64,000 nt of DNA from an uncultured delta proteobacterium. GTDB taxonomy: Bacteria; Desulfobacterota; Desulfobacteria; Desulfobacterales; UBA2156. The stretch covers positions 96,001-160,000 of the forward strand of contig CAVTQK010000020.1 in NCBI GenBank assembly GCA_963736855.1, in the 5' to 3' direction. Positions 24,511-34,296 of the stretch are shown here, in pieces (the stretch's first letter is position 1; every line of letters begins with the position of its first letter). Below the pieces are notes generated by a model. That model was not told where the DNA came from and did no database searches. It worked only from the letters and a program-made list of their open reading frames with translations. Both the position numbers and the translations under genes were made by a program.

Positions 24511-27500
24511 TCAGCAAACCCCGACCTTCTCTTGGAGCTTTCGGAGGCGACTGCTGAGAACCTTGCAGATATGAAGGGCGATCTCGGGATACTCCCTGAC
24601 GATTTCCTTGAATTCCTCTTTGTGCAAAAAAAGAAATCGAGAGGGTTGTTCAGTTTTCACCGTCGCCGAACGAACCTGATCCTCGAAAAGAGCCATCTCA
24701 CCGAAATAATCTCCCTGCTTGATCCGATCCAGCTCGAATTCTGTTTCCTTACCGGCATCTTTGATAATGGAAACCGTTCCCTCGACAATCAAATACATGG
24801 TGTCGCCCGGACTTCCCTCTCTGATGACGATGTCACCGGCCGGAAAAGTAACTTCTTCCGTCACCGACGCCACGGCCGCAAGTTCACTCACCGAGAGTCC
24901 TTCGAATATCTCGATCCCTTTCAGATATAAAATTTTATCCGGAATGGTGATCTTTGCTTCCATCTCATTTTCCTTCTCGTCACGATTTTCCCGATGATGA
25001 TACATCACGATGGCGGCCATCTCCCGGATGTGGGGGTTTTCTGAACTCGTAAGCTTTTCGACAGACCCCCATTCCACAGCTTCCGGTGATGATGACTGAA
25101 TCATATACAAAGCCAGAACGACCGACACCCAGTCCTGCTTGTTTAAGAGATATGAAAAAAGAGCCTTTCCATCCGAATCCACTTGAGGAAGCGAAAAATA
25201 TTTCCGTCCGGCAATCAGGCGCAAAGAAAAATCGGTGTCCTCCAAAAGGGGGAGCACGATTTTTGATAAGGATACATCCAGGACGTCTTCCAGGGCCTCC
25301 ATACTGTTGGCGCGTTGTCTCGCATCAGAAGAAAAGACCCCCCGGGTAAGAATCTTCAATTTTCCGGTCGGGTCCTGCAAGGCCAGCACCCTCAGGCAGT
25401 TCTGCAGCCGCACCGTTTTTCCCTGGTCCAGGTGGCGGATCAACAGGTTACGGCCCGGGCTTTCGGTGAGACGTTTGAGGCTTTCGGCTTCCGAAAGGTT
25501 CCGGTAGCCGATCTCTACCTGGTTTCGGACGAACCGGTAGGTGTCGATACTTTTGATATTTAATCTTTGCAAAAGGTCAAAAATTCCTTCCCGGATTCTG
25601 CGTCCGGGCAAGCCCAGATACTCGATGAGGAGTGTTCCGTTGAGATAGTGTGCGGCAGCAATCTTTTCTTTTGCCAACGCATGTATGGCATCGGAAGGAT
25701 CTCCCATGAGGAAAACGGCCTGCCTCAGGGTCTTGTCGTCGCCGATCTCCAGAACTTCCAGGGCTGCGATGCGTGTCTCCTCGACTGGGTTTGACAGATA
25801 GGCAAAAGCGATTCGGTTCAAATCCGGCGCTTCAAGGTTTTTAAGTCCTTTGAGGATATCGGGAATCAGAGGGGCGTTTTCCTCAATTTCCAGAAGACCT
25901 GTCAGGCGCTTTCCGAAGACGGAATCTTTCGATACTCCGGCTGCTATCACCCCCGCCTTTATCGTGTGGATCTCCTTAGAGGAAAGCCAGGCGTCAATCA
26001 CCACCCGGTGTTTTTCAGGAGACTCACGGTACAGCCTTCCCAACACATGGGCCCTCACCCGCAGGTCTGTTGAGGTATTCAGGACTTCCTGCAAAAAGGA
26101 TCGAAATCCCTCGTTTTCCATCTTTCCAGCCGACAGGACCAGCGCTTCCGTCAGGAGAGAATTCTCGGGATGATACATTCTCAAAAACGTCGCTTCAGCC
26201 GAGGGATCGACCTTGGAAGAAAGAAGTTCCAACAGCCCGATTTTAGACTCATCGTCCACACCCTCGATCTTTTTCAAAACCAAAGCATCAAGCTCCTGCG
26301 GGAAAACAGTCTTCAAGAGCCGACCGTACCACAGGGCGTCTTTTCCTTTGGCCGAAAGAAAGGACTTTCCAAGCTGAAGGAGCATCACCTTCTCCCGGAA
26401 CAATCCCTTCACGTCGCTTTCTTCCATGGATTTTAAATCGAGAACGTTTTTTGCCACCAGATTCAAAAGGATGTCCGCATACCGCTTTTTCAGGACAAAA
26501 GGCGCCACGATCCATAGCGCCACAAACGGGAGGGCTACAAGGGAAAGATACCGGGGATGAAACAGGGGTTCGGATAACAGAATCAACCCGGAACCCACGA
26601 ACAGGCCGATTCGAACCGCGGTTCCCCTCAAGAAGGGCCTGACCAGAGGCCGGTAGGATTCCGGAAAAAGCCCCATGAGGATGGCGTTCGCGGGGATATT
26701 GATGGTGGTTCTGAGGATATTGGTCGACATACGGGCATAGATCGCGGAAACCACGTCGAATCGCAAGAGAAACGCGAAAAAGGCCAGCAGGTAGTTAAAG
26801 GGATGAAACATCAGCGCCACGGGAAGACCCCAATGGGCATAGATTCTCCCCACAAATAGAAGAATGACTAGGCTGATGACGTTGAGGAATCCCCTGAAAT
26901 AGCCGAAAAATTGAATCAGGGCACCCTCGTTGGCAAACTGTTCATTGACCACAAAATTGAACTGGTAATTCATGATCGGGATGACCACGTTGGGCATCAG
27001 GGTCAGGGCGATCAATACTTTTAACAAGACAGATTCCTTCAACAAGGGTAGGATGTTCTTGATCTCGTTCAGTGTGGAAGCGCTTTTCTTTCCTTTTTTG
27101 ACTTTTTTTTCTGCTACCAAAAGGGCGGGAAACCGCCTGCTCATCCCTTCGACCACGACTGCGCCTAAAAGACACAATACCAGATAGGCCAGCAGAAGGT
27201 TGTCAAAGGTCAGGATTCTGGCCAGAAAAGGTGTGCCGAAACTGCTGATGATCAGGCCTATGACACCTCCCGCTGTCACCAGAGGGAAGATCCGTTTGGA
27301 CTGCCGGGTATTAAATAGGTCGTTGGCGATGTTCCAAAAAAGGAGGGCCTGCAGCACCTCATACTGGGACTTTAACATGAACAGAATCGGATAGATGAGG
27401 TCAATATCATAAGGAATTAGGGGTCGTATTCCCGCAACCGAAATTCCGCAGAAAACGAAAAGATAAGAAAAGAGTTTTGCATCCTTGAAACGGGTCATGA

Positions 27501-27720
27501 GGGCTGTCAGGATACCCATGACCGCAAAGGTGGCAAAGGCATTGATCATATTTACGATAGGAAGGTATTCGACTCCGTAGCGCTTAAGAAAGGCGGTTTC
27601 CGCATAGTTATCCAGGATCATCCCCGAGCTGCGGACTATAAACAGAAGCGCTACGGTCCACAAAAAGAGGCTGATCTCATTCTCGTAGATCTTCAGCCAT
27701 CGGCTCAGCAGTCGTTTCAT
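24511..27720 (-). CDS. NTT/TLC-like MFS transporter fused to HEAT repeats and a C-terminal cyclic-nucleotide-binding domain
   Basis: Multi-TM N-terminus with FWNIANDLFNTRQSKRIFP, helical repeats, GDYFGEMALF..RSATV. Confidence 0.8.
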   Translation of the reverse strand: MKRLLSRWLKIYENEISLFLWTVALLFIVRSSGMILDNYAETAFLKRYGVEYLPIVNMINAFATFAVMGILTALMTRFKDAKLFSYLFVFCGISVAGIRPLIPYDIDLIYPILFMLKSQYEVLQALLFWNIANDLFNTRQSKRIFPLVTAGGVIGLIISSFGTPFLARILTFDNLLLAYLVLCLLGAVVVEGMSRRFPALLVAEKKVKKGKKSASTLNEIKNILPLLKESVLLKVLIALTLMPNVVIPIMNYQFNFVVNEQFANEGALIQFFGYFRGFLNVISLVILLFVGRIYAHWGLPVALMFHPFNYLLAFFAFLLRFDVVSAIYARMSTNILRTTINIPANAILMGLFPESYRPLVRPFLRGTAVRIGLFVGSGLILLSEPLFHPRYLSLVALPFVALWIVAPFVLKKRYADILLNLVAKNVLDLKSMEESDVKGLFREKVMLLQLGKSFLSAKGKDALWYGRLLKTVFPQELDALVLKKIEGVDDESKIGLLELLSSKVDPSAEATFLRMYHPENSLLTEALVLSAGKMENEGFRSFLQEVLNTSTDLRVRAHVLGRLYRESPEKHRVVIDAWLSSKEIHTIKAGVIAAGVSKDSVFGKRLTGLLEIEENAPLIPDILKGLKNLEAPDLNRIAFAYLSNPVEETRIAALEVLEIGDDKTLRQAVFLMGDPSDAIHALAKEKIAAAHYLNGTLLIEYLGLPGRRIREGIFDLLQRLNIKSIDTYRFVRNQVEIGYRNLSEAESLKRLTESPGRNLLIRHLDQGKTVRLQNCLRVLALQDPTGKLKILTRGVFSSDARQRANSMEALEDVLDVSLSKIVLPLLEDTDFSLRLIAGRKYFSLPQVDSDGKALFSYLLNKQDWVSVVLALYMIQSSSPEAVEWGSVEKLTSSENPHIREMAAIVMYHHRENRDEKENEMEAKITIPDKILYLKGIEIFEGLSVSELAAVASVTEEVTFPAGDIVIREGSPGDTMYLIVEGTVSIIKDAGKETEFELDRIKQGDYFGEMALFEDQVRSATVKTEQPSRFLFLHKEEFKEIVREYPEIALHICKVLSSRLRKLQEKVGVC

Positions 27721-27739
27721 CGTCTATCCCAACGTCGAA

Positions 27740-28669
27740 TCATGGACCGTCCGGTTCCTTATCCCAGGTCGAAGGCGGCTCGTCGGGATACAGAAATTTT
27801 TCTCCGGTCGGGCTCCAGACAAGTCTGAACCCGGAGGTATTCAAACGGCTGGCCGGATGCGCATGGGCACGGTTCGCCGACCGGCACAAGTCGGCCGGGC
27901 CAAAAAAACTCCCTCCGCGGCGGACCCTGGCAATACCCGAGCCCGGTCCCTGGGGATCTTTCACCGATCCGGGAAAGTAATCGCCGTACCAATCCTGGCA
28001 CCACTCCCAGACATTACCGTGCATATCAAAAAGCCCCCAGGCGTTGGGGGTATAGCTTTTTACTATGGCCGGACGATTCGGCGGAAATCCTCGGGTTTGG
28101 GAATATCTCATGCAGTCCGTCGCTCCTGCGATGCTGTTGGCAAACATGGCCTCATCACACTTAAGTTCATTTCCCCAGGCAAAGGCGATATGGCTCCCGG
28201 CCCGGGATGCATATTCCCATTGAGCCTCTGTGGGAAGCCGGTATGTACCACGATAGATTTCATTGAGCCGGTTGATGAACCGGGTGCAGTCGAACCAGGA
28301 AACCTTGGTCACCGGCATGTCCGGGGTCCCTTTTTGACGTCCGATCCATGGTTTTCCCATGATCGTCCACCACTGGCCCAGGGTGACCTCCGTGGTCATC
28401 ATATAAAAGGATTCGGAGATTTCAACCGGATGCGGGGTTTCACTTGGAGCGCGATACCCTTCACCAAGCGGGCTTCCCATGGTGAATACCCCGGGATCAA
28501 CGAGAATAAATTCCATACCCAGGGGGTTGACATACCGTTGCTTCGCCTCCGCTTGTATGGGGGTTGCGATAAAAAGCACCAGGGCAACACCCAGGAGTGA
28601 GGTCTTTTTGAATCCGTAAAAGATTATTTTTTTGCTCCGACGGATTGCGGTTTCGTAACGATTGTTCAT
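27740..28669 (-). CDS. Exported formylglycine-generating-enzyme (SUMF1/FGE-sulfatase) fold protein
   Basis: YRLPTEAQWEYA, PNAWGLFDMHGNVWEWC, RRGGSF, GFRL; N-terminal hydrophobic segment. Confidence 0.85.
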   Translation of the reverse strand: MNNRYETAIRRSKKIIFYGFKKTSLLGVALVLFIATPIQAEAKQRYVNPLGMEFILVDPGVFTMGSPLGEGYRAPSETPHPVEISESFYMMTTEVTLGQWWTIMGKPWIGRQKGTPDMPVTKVSWFDCTRFINRLNEIYRGTYRLPTEAQWEYASRAGSHIAFAWGNELKCDEAMFANSIAGATDCMRYSQTRGFPPNRPAIVKSYTPNAWGLFDMHGNVWEWCQDWYGDYFPGSVKDPQGPGSGIARVRRGGSFFGPADLCRSANRAHAHPASRLNTSGFRLVWSPTGEKFLYPDEPPSTWDKEPDGP

Positions 28670-30117
28670 GGGGACCCCTCTTTCATCCACCGCTTCAATA
28701 AAACTTTATCAGATGGCTGAATGGCCGTAATTCTCAGTCGAACTACGTGTTTTTCCCCATTTTTTTCGATTTCCATCACCTTTGCGTAGATGTCCCCGAA
28801 GCAATGGGCCTCCTGGCAAAAATCGAATTTTAACTTGACATCCGTCAGCGCGTCCACGGCCTTTGCAATCTCTGCGACCATAAAGCTTTCCCCGACCTTG
28901 AGTGTTTCCCCCTGAATTTTTTCATCCAATACGCGCTTGCCGTCCACTGGACACAGGATAAAGGGGAGGGACATTGTCACACCTTCTTTTTCATCGGCCT
29001 GCGGATTGAGTTTTAAATTATAGGGAGGGCCTATCTCGGTGACCGAAAAATAGACCAAGGGACGCCTCAATCCTTTCATCATCACGGTGTGGCTAGCTTC
29101 AATGGTGACCCGATCCTTAAGGGCCTGATATGTGGATTCGCCGATGAGCACCTGACCCCCTATGGTATTTGATTCGATCCGGGCTGCAGTGTTTACCGCC
29201 GCCCCAACGATCCCGTATTTTAAGCGCATTTCCGATCCGATGTTCCCGACAATGACGGGCCCGGTGTTGATGCCGATCCCCATCTCGAGGGGTGGATACT
29301 CCTCTCCGACGATATTCTTGTCCAGGTCCTCCATGGCGTTCTGCATGGAAATACCGCATGCCACGGCGCGGAGCGCATCGTCATTGCGCCTCTCGGGGAT
29401 TCCGAAGACTGTCAGAATCGCATCTCCGATGAATTCGTCGATCATGCCGTCGTATTCCAGAATAATTTCGGACATGCGTCCCAGATAGCGATTGAGGAGT
29501 CGCACCATTTCCTCGGGATCCCGGGTGTCGGAAAGGCCGGTAAACCCTCGCAAGTCAGACATGAGGATCGTTACCTGCTGGCGCCGGCCGCCGATCTTTC
29601 GGCCTTCCGGCGACTCGAGAATCTCGTCCACCACCTTTTTGGACAGGTATCGGCCGAAGGTTTCCCGAATGAAATTCACGAGGCGAAGACGCTCTTCCGA
29701 TACCCTGAAGATTTCTTCCAGCATATGCTTGCGGGTGGAAGAAATCTCCCGGATCTCCTTGGGCGTGCCCTCAGGAAGGACCACATCCCTAGCGGATGCA
29801 CCCCCTTCCTGGATCCGACGGTTGGCTTCCACGATGGCTTCCAATGGTAAAATGACTTTTCGCGTCAAGAAGCCCCGAAAAGTCACCAGAACAAAACCAA
29901 CGATAATGCTGATGAGGATGAGAATACGAACCGCGTACCAGAAAAGTGCGTTCCATGAATCATGCTGACCGGTAATAAAGCTGTATAGGAGAGACCAGAC
30001 CATGAGGATCCCCTCGATGACGAGGATACGCCAGAAGATTCCTCTAACTAAAACCCTCCTGACGCTGTCGGCATTCTCTCCATCGGGAAACAGTGAAAAA
30101 AGCTTCCCGGGACCCAT
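28666..30117 (-). CDS. Membrane class III adenylate/guanylate cyclase (2TM-HAMP-cyclase, PilZ-like tail)
   Basis: LMSDLRGFT, IDEFIGDAIL, GIGINTG, KYGIVGAAVNTAARIES. Confidence 0.9.
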   Translation of the reverse strand: MGPGKLFSLFPDGENADSVRRVLVRGIFWRILVIEGILMVWSLLYSFITGQHDSWNALFWYAVRILILISIIVGFVLVTFRGFLTRKVILPLEAIVEANRRIQEGGASARDVVLPEGTPKEIREISSTRKHMLEEIFRVSEERLRLVNFIRETFGRYLSKKVVDEILESPEGRKIGGRRQQVTILMSDLRGFTGLSDTRDPEEMVRLLNRYLGRMSEIILEYDGMIDEFIGDAILTVFGIPERRNDDALRAVACGISMQNAMEDLDKNIVGEEYPPLEMGIGINTGPVIVGNIGSEMRLKYGIVGAAVNTAARIESNTIGGQVLIGESTYQALKDRVTIEASHTVMMKGLRRPLVYFSVTEIGPPYNLKLNPQADEKEGVTMSLPFILCPVDGKRVLDEKIQGETLKVGESFMVAEIAKAVDALTDVKLKFDFCQEAHCFGDIYAKVMEIEKNGEKHVVRLRITAIQPSDKVLLKRWMKEGSP

Positions 30118-30267
30118 CGTTTTTCTCCTTTAAAAACGTTTATGCCGGCGATAATCGATTCGAAATAACAGATTTCCATATCACAAGGAACATTCGAATC
30201 CAACAAGGTTTTCTCTTCGGCAGTTCGGGGAAGCATCAGGTTTGTACCCGCCGAAACCGATTGTTTG

Positions 30268-30296
30268 TTGACACATGCAAATGTTTTTTCTATTTT
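30268..30296 (+). promoter_or_regulatory. Putative sigma70 promoter
   Basis: TTGACA-17bp-TATTTT upstream of the GNAT fusion gene. Confidence 0.5.
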
Positions 30297-30345
30297 TTAA
30301 TTCAAAGAAACCATTCTTCCGTTGCATACCATCGATTCTTTGCCT

Positions 30346-32127
30346 ATGCAGAAAACCCTTCCATATCGGATTCTCATCATCGAGCCCCCTTGTTTGAGCC
30401 CATCGGCACCCTCCTGGATGGCCCTTTATCTGGCATCCTTTTTTGCCGACAGGGATATTCGACTCTTTATTTTTAATGCCAATCTCGATTATTATCGCCC
30501 AAAATCATCCAAAACCAAAACCGATATCGGGGTTTCAAAACACAGCCCTTATCCAGTGGCCACTTTTGCCTCGGAGGCCTGGCAGACGCTACAAACCCAA
30601 AATTTCTATCGGCCAGAAGTCTTTATTGCTGCTATCCGATCGTTGCAAAAACACTTTTTGGATTGCCGGAAAGAAAACAATTGTCATATTGCTCTTCACG
30701 ATCGGGTAGCCCGGCAAATCGTTTCCGTCGGACCCCATCTTCTGATTATTGCCGCCGATTCAACCCAACAGCTCCGGGAGGGTCATGCCCTTCTTAGCTT
30801 TGTCCGGAATTTTCAAAAGGACCTTCCGGCATTCCTAGCCTGCGGACCCGATGCTCAAACTCCCCTGGAATCCGGCGCCGACGGGATCATCACGCTTGAG
30901 GATCTGACCTCTTTGCCCCAGCGCATTCCCGGCCTTACGGGCCTGCCGGGGGCGCATTCCAAAAATCTCCCGGATATAACCCTCTTCCCTTTTGACAACT
31001 ATGCCGCACCGGATACGATTCTCGATTTGAGAGGTCTTTCCGGCGGCATGCCTGTCAATGAAACATCGCCTGAAGAACTTTACCGGTTGAAAATCAAGGG
31101 CGTTTTGCTTTTCGGATCCGATCTTTCCGTTTTGCCCAAAGGCTTTTTCCCCGACAAAGACCAGGATATTTCTTCATTGGGTATGGGTCTTCGAATACGC
31201 CTGCCCGGGAAGATTCCGCCGGAAGTCTTTTCGGATTACTACCATAGGGGGGTAAGAATGATCCTATGGATCCTAACATCGGACATCCCCGAAGAAATCG
31301 GTAATATCCTCTTTCATGCGTCGGCGGCAGGGATCTGGAATCATTTGGCGATTGAAAACCCGGATACCCCATCGGATCCGCTTTTGGATTTCATTGCGAA
31401 AAACCCCAACCTCGTCCACTCCTGGGGCAGCCTTTTACCGGAAGATTTTTTCTTAGACGGCGCATCCAAAACGCCTTTTTCTACCGCTTATAACCACATC
31501 ATCCCTATACCCGGGGTTCCCTTCCGGCATTTTCTTAAGGACCCGGTTTATCTCCTGTTATATCTTATTCACCACGGCGCCCAAAAGGTTATGCGATGGC
31601 AAGTCAGAAACGATGGTTCCGTTTACACGCTCGGTGAAGGAATCACCTATCATTTTGTCAAACCCGAAGATTTACCGCCCGGATATCTCGATATCATCTG
31701 CAGAATGGTGGAAGCCGGCGGCTCCGTCGACACGCAGTGGGTGAGATACAACATGGAACGGGCATTCCTGGTGGGGTATGCGGAAGAAGAAGGAATCATA
31801 GTAGGAAACTCCTCCCTGAAACACCCCAGGGAAGAATATCTGAAAAGCTTGAGCCAAAAAACGGGCTTCGAGTTTAGCGGTTATCTAGAGCGGGGGTACA
31901 CTTCGGTTCGTCCGGAATATCGGGGTCTGGGGATCGGAACAAAGCTTCTGGAAGGACTCACCGCCCGGATCGGGGATAAGAAGCTTTTTTCCATCATCGC
32001 AGAGGATAACACCGCCACCCAGAAGATGGCCATCCGCAACCGTACCCGGAAGGTGAGCACGTTCTTTAGTGAGAAAGCGGAAAAGATGGTCGGTATCTGG
32101 GTACCCGAAGGGATGCTCGACGCGTGA
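30346..32127 (+). CDS. GNAT acetyltransferase fused to a degenerate B12-binding/radical SAM-like N-terminus
   Basis: C-terminal TSVRPEYRGLGIGTKLL acetyl-CoA motif; N-terminus RILIIEPP...LYLASF...NANLDYY and PDITLFPFDNY resemble B12-dependent radical SAM proteins; no CxxxCxxC. Confidence 0.65.
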   Translation: MQKTLPYRILIIEPPCLSPSAPSWMALYLASFFADRDIRLFIFNANLDYYRPKSSKTKTDIGVSKHSPYPVATFASEAWQTLQTQNFYRPEVFIAAIRSLQKHFLDCRKENNCHIALHDRVARQIVSVGPHLLIIAADSTQQLREGHALLSFVRNFQKDLPAFLACGPDAQTPLESGADGIITLEDLTSLPQRIPGLTGLPGAHSKNLPDITLFPFDNYAAPDTILDLRGLSGGMPVNETSPEELYRLKIKGVLLFGSDLSVLPKGFFPDKDQDISSLGMGLRIRLPGKIPPEVFSDYYHRGVRMILWILTSDIPEEIGNILFHASAAGIWNHLAIENPDTPSDPLLDFIAKNPNLVHSWGSLLPEDFFLDGASKTPFSTAYNHIIPIPGVPFRHFLKDPVYLLLYLIHHGAQKVMRWQVRNDGSVYTLGEGITYHFVKPEDLPPGYLDIICRMVEAGGSVDTQWVRYNMERAFLVGYAEEEGIIVGNSSLKHPREEYLKSLSQKTGFEFSGYLERGYTSVRPEYRGLGIGTKLLEGLTARIGDKKLFSIIAEDNTATQKMAIRNRTRKVSTFFSEKAEKMVGIWVPEGMLDA

Positions 32128-32225
32128 ATCCATTCTCCTTCCCGACACGCTTCTTGAGTTGATTTCTGAAGTTGCGTATGTACTTGATCCCTTTAATTCA
32201 ATTTTCAGAGTCGTGAAAGACCAAC

Positions 32226-33146
32226 ATGAACATCGGCATCATCACGGTTAGAGACCACGATTATCCCCCGAACTTCCGAATGCAAGAGGCCGCCAAAGCC
32301 CAGGGGCACCGGGCAATACTGATCCATCCTTATCGGATGTGGCCGGCCTTTCAAAAAGGGCGTCCGGTCACTATCGGAGACGATGGTCTTGTGCCTGACA
32401 TTGTCCTGCCCCGGCAGGGAGCCACTCTGGGAGATACCTGCCTGTCGCTGATTCGGCATTTCAGCCTCATGGGGATTCCGGTGATCAATGGGATGGATGC
32501 CATCCGGAAGGCAAAGGACAAATTCCTGTCGCTGCAAACCCTGAATGCCCGAGCACTCCCGGTTCCAGACACGGTCCTTGTCAACGCGGTCGAAGGCCTG
32601 AATCGTGCGATATCCCGTATGGACGGCTATCCGGTGGTGGTCAAATCGGTGAGCAGTCGTCAGGGAGCCGGTGTTGTCCTTGTTAAAAACGACGCGGAGT
32701 CCCAGGCCGTTGCAGAACAACTGGATCGCCGCACCGGCCTTTTGGTACAACGATTTATTCCTCCGGAAGGTCGAAGGGATATCCGGGTCGTCACCATCGG
32801 GAATAAAGCCGCCGGAGCTGCTGAATTTTCACCCAACCCTGGAGATTTTCGCGGCAACTTTCACCTGTCCGGAAAAAGCCGGGCGATCTCGCCGGAAAAG
32901 GAGATCCTGGAGCTGGCCATTAAGGCTGCAGACGCCCTGGGCCTGGAAATCGCCGGCGTGGATATCCTCCTGGACGCAAAACAGATGCCTTTCGTGATCG
33001 AGGTGAATTATTCACCCGGTTTTCATGGACTGGAGGCGGCCACCGGGTTGGATATCGCCGGTATGATAGTCCACTATTTATTTGAACGGTTCCATGCTGA
33101 GGGCAAACGGATCGACCAAAAAAGCGGCTCATCCCGGAAAGGTTAG
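32226..33146 (+). CDS. RimK-family ATP-grasp ligase
   Basis: DKFLSLQ, PVVVK, QGAGV, RDIRV, DFRGNFHL, AGVDIL, EVNYSPG. Confidence 0.88.
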   Translation: MNIGIITVRDHDYPPNFRMQEAAKAQGHRAILIHPYRMWPAFQKGRPVTIGDDGLVPDIVLPRQGATLGDTCLSLIRHFSLMGIPVINGMDAIRKAKDKFLSLQTLNARALPVPDTVLVNAVEGLNRAISRMDGYPVVVKSVSSRQGAGVVLVKNDAESQAVAEQLDRRTGLLVQRFIPPEGRRDIRVVTIGNKAAGAAEFSPNPGDFRGNFHLSGKSRAISPEKEILELAIKAADALGLEIAGVDILLDAKQMPFVIEVNYSPGFHGLEAATGLDIAGMIVHYLFERFHAEGKRIDQKSGSSRKG

Positions 33147-33156
33147 GAATGCAGCG

Positions 33157-34296
33157 TTGAAAATCCTCGACTTGAATCAAATCCAGGATGGAGGCAGGGT
33201 CAAAGCAACGGCAATCGTTCAATGGGAGGACTGCGACCAACCCGAACGGCAAATCTTCATCGAAACAACTGCCGATTGCGCTTCGGATCTGACCGCCGAT
33301 CCCCATGCCTTTCTGGTGGGATGCCTCGTTCCGGCCCTGCACTTTGGAGAACGTCGGATCGTCCTTAGCAGAAGGATCTGCCCCACTTTGATGGAAGGGC
33401 TTCAGACGGCCATGGCCGTTTTGGTGCACTGGTCAAAAGGCACTTGGCGTCCGCTGTCCATCGATGCAAAATCTTTGCACACACCGCGGCACCGAAAACC
33501 AAACCGCTCAGCCGCCCTTTTTCTTTCCGGCGGTATCGATTCCCTGGCCGCCCTGTGCGTCAATCGTGAAACTCATCCTCTGGATCACCCCGGTGCGGCC
33601 AAAGACGGTTTCGTCGTCCATGGGTTTGACATCGGCGGAGTCATCCAAAGGGGGATGAAATACCCGGTTTTCGACCGCGCCATGGAGGCGTTGAAACCGG
33701 TGGCCCTTGATGCACGCTTGAACCTGATTCCCGTTTATACGAACATCCGGCATTTGTGTGACGACCGGAATCTCTGGCTGAATCGGTTTTTCGGGGCCGT
33801 GCTGGCGGCACTCTCCCATGCCTTTTCAAAACGGGTACATCTTTCCTACATCGCCTCCTCTTACGATTTGGCTCATCTTCATCCGTGCGGATCACACCCT
33901 CTTTTGGATCCTTTCTATTCCAGCTTCGATGTGCGCATCGTGCACCGGGACCTGGAACTTTCGCGGATGGAAAAAATCCGAAAGGTGGTCCAATGGGATG
34001 CGGCCTTCCAAAACATGCGGGTTTGCCTGGCCAACGTCCCGGATCGGCTCAACTGTGGACGATGCGAAAAGTGTGTGCGGACCATGCTGGCCCTGGTGGC
34101 CCTGGGCGCATTGCACAAGACCCGGGCTTTTATCGAAGACGATGTCTTTCCGGAAAATCTTTCCGGTTTCAGCATCCGAATCCGTGACCGGGGGTCTTTT
34201 TACCGGGAGATTATTCCCCGGCTTGCCGAACGCGGGCGAAAGGACCTGGTCGATGCCATCGCCTACAAACTTCAAAACGATCCGACAATAGTCTAA
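33157..34296 (+). CDS. PP-loop (adenine nucleotide alpha-hydrolase-like) protein with C-terminal Cys cluster
   Basis: FLSGGIDS; RVC...NCGRCEKCVRT; TTG start inferred. Confidence 0.65.
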   Translation: MKILDLNQIQDGGRVKATAIVQWEDCDQPERQIFIETTADCASDLTADPHAFLVGCLVPALHFGERRIVLSRRICPTLMEGLQTAMAVLVHWSKGTWRPLSIDAKSLHTPRHRKPNRSAALFLSGGIDSLAALCVNRETHPLDHPGAAKDGFVVHGFDIGGVIQRGMKYPVFDRAMEALKPVALDARLNLIPVYTNIRHLCDDRNLWLNRFFGAVLAALSHAFSKRVHLSYIASSYDLAHLHPCGSHPLLDPFYSSFDVRIVHRDLELSRMEKIRKVVQWDAAFQNMRVCLANVPDRLNCGRCEKCVRTMLALVALGALHKTRAFIEDDVFPENLSGFSIRIRDRGSFYREIIPRLAERGRKDLVDAIAYKLQNDPTIV

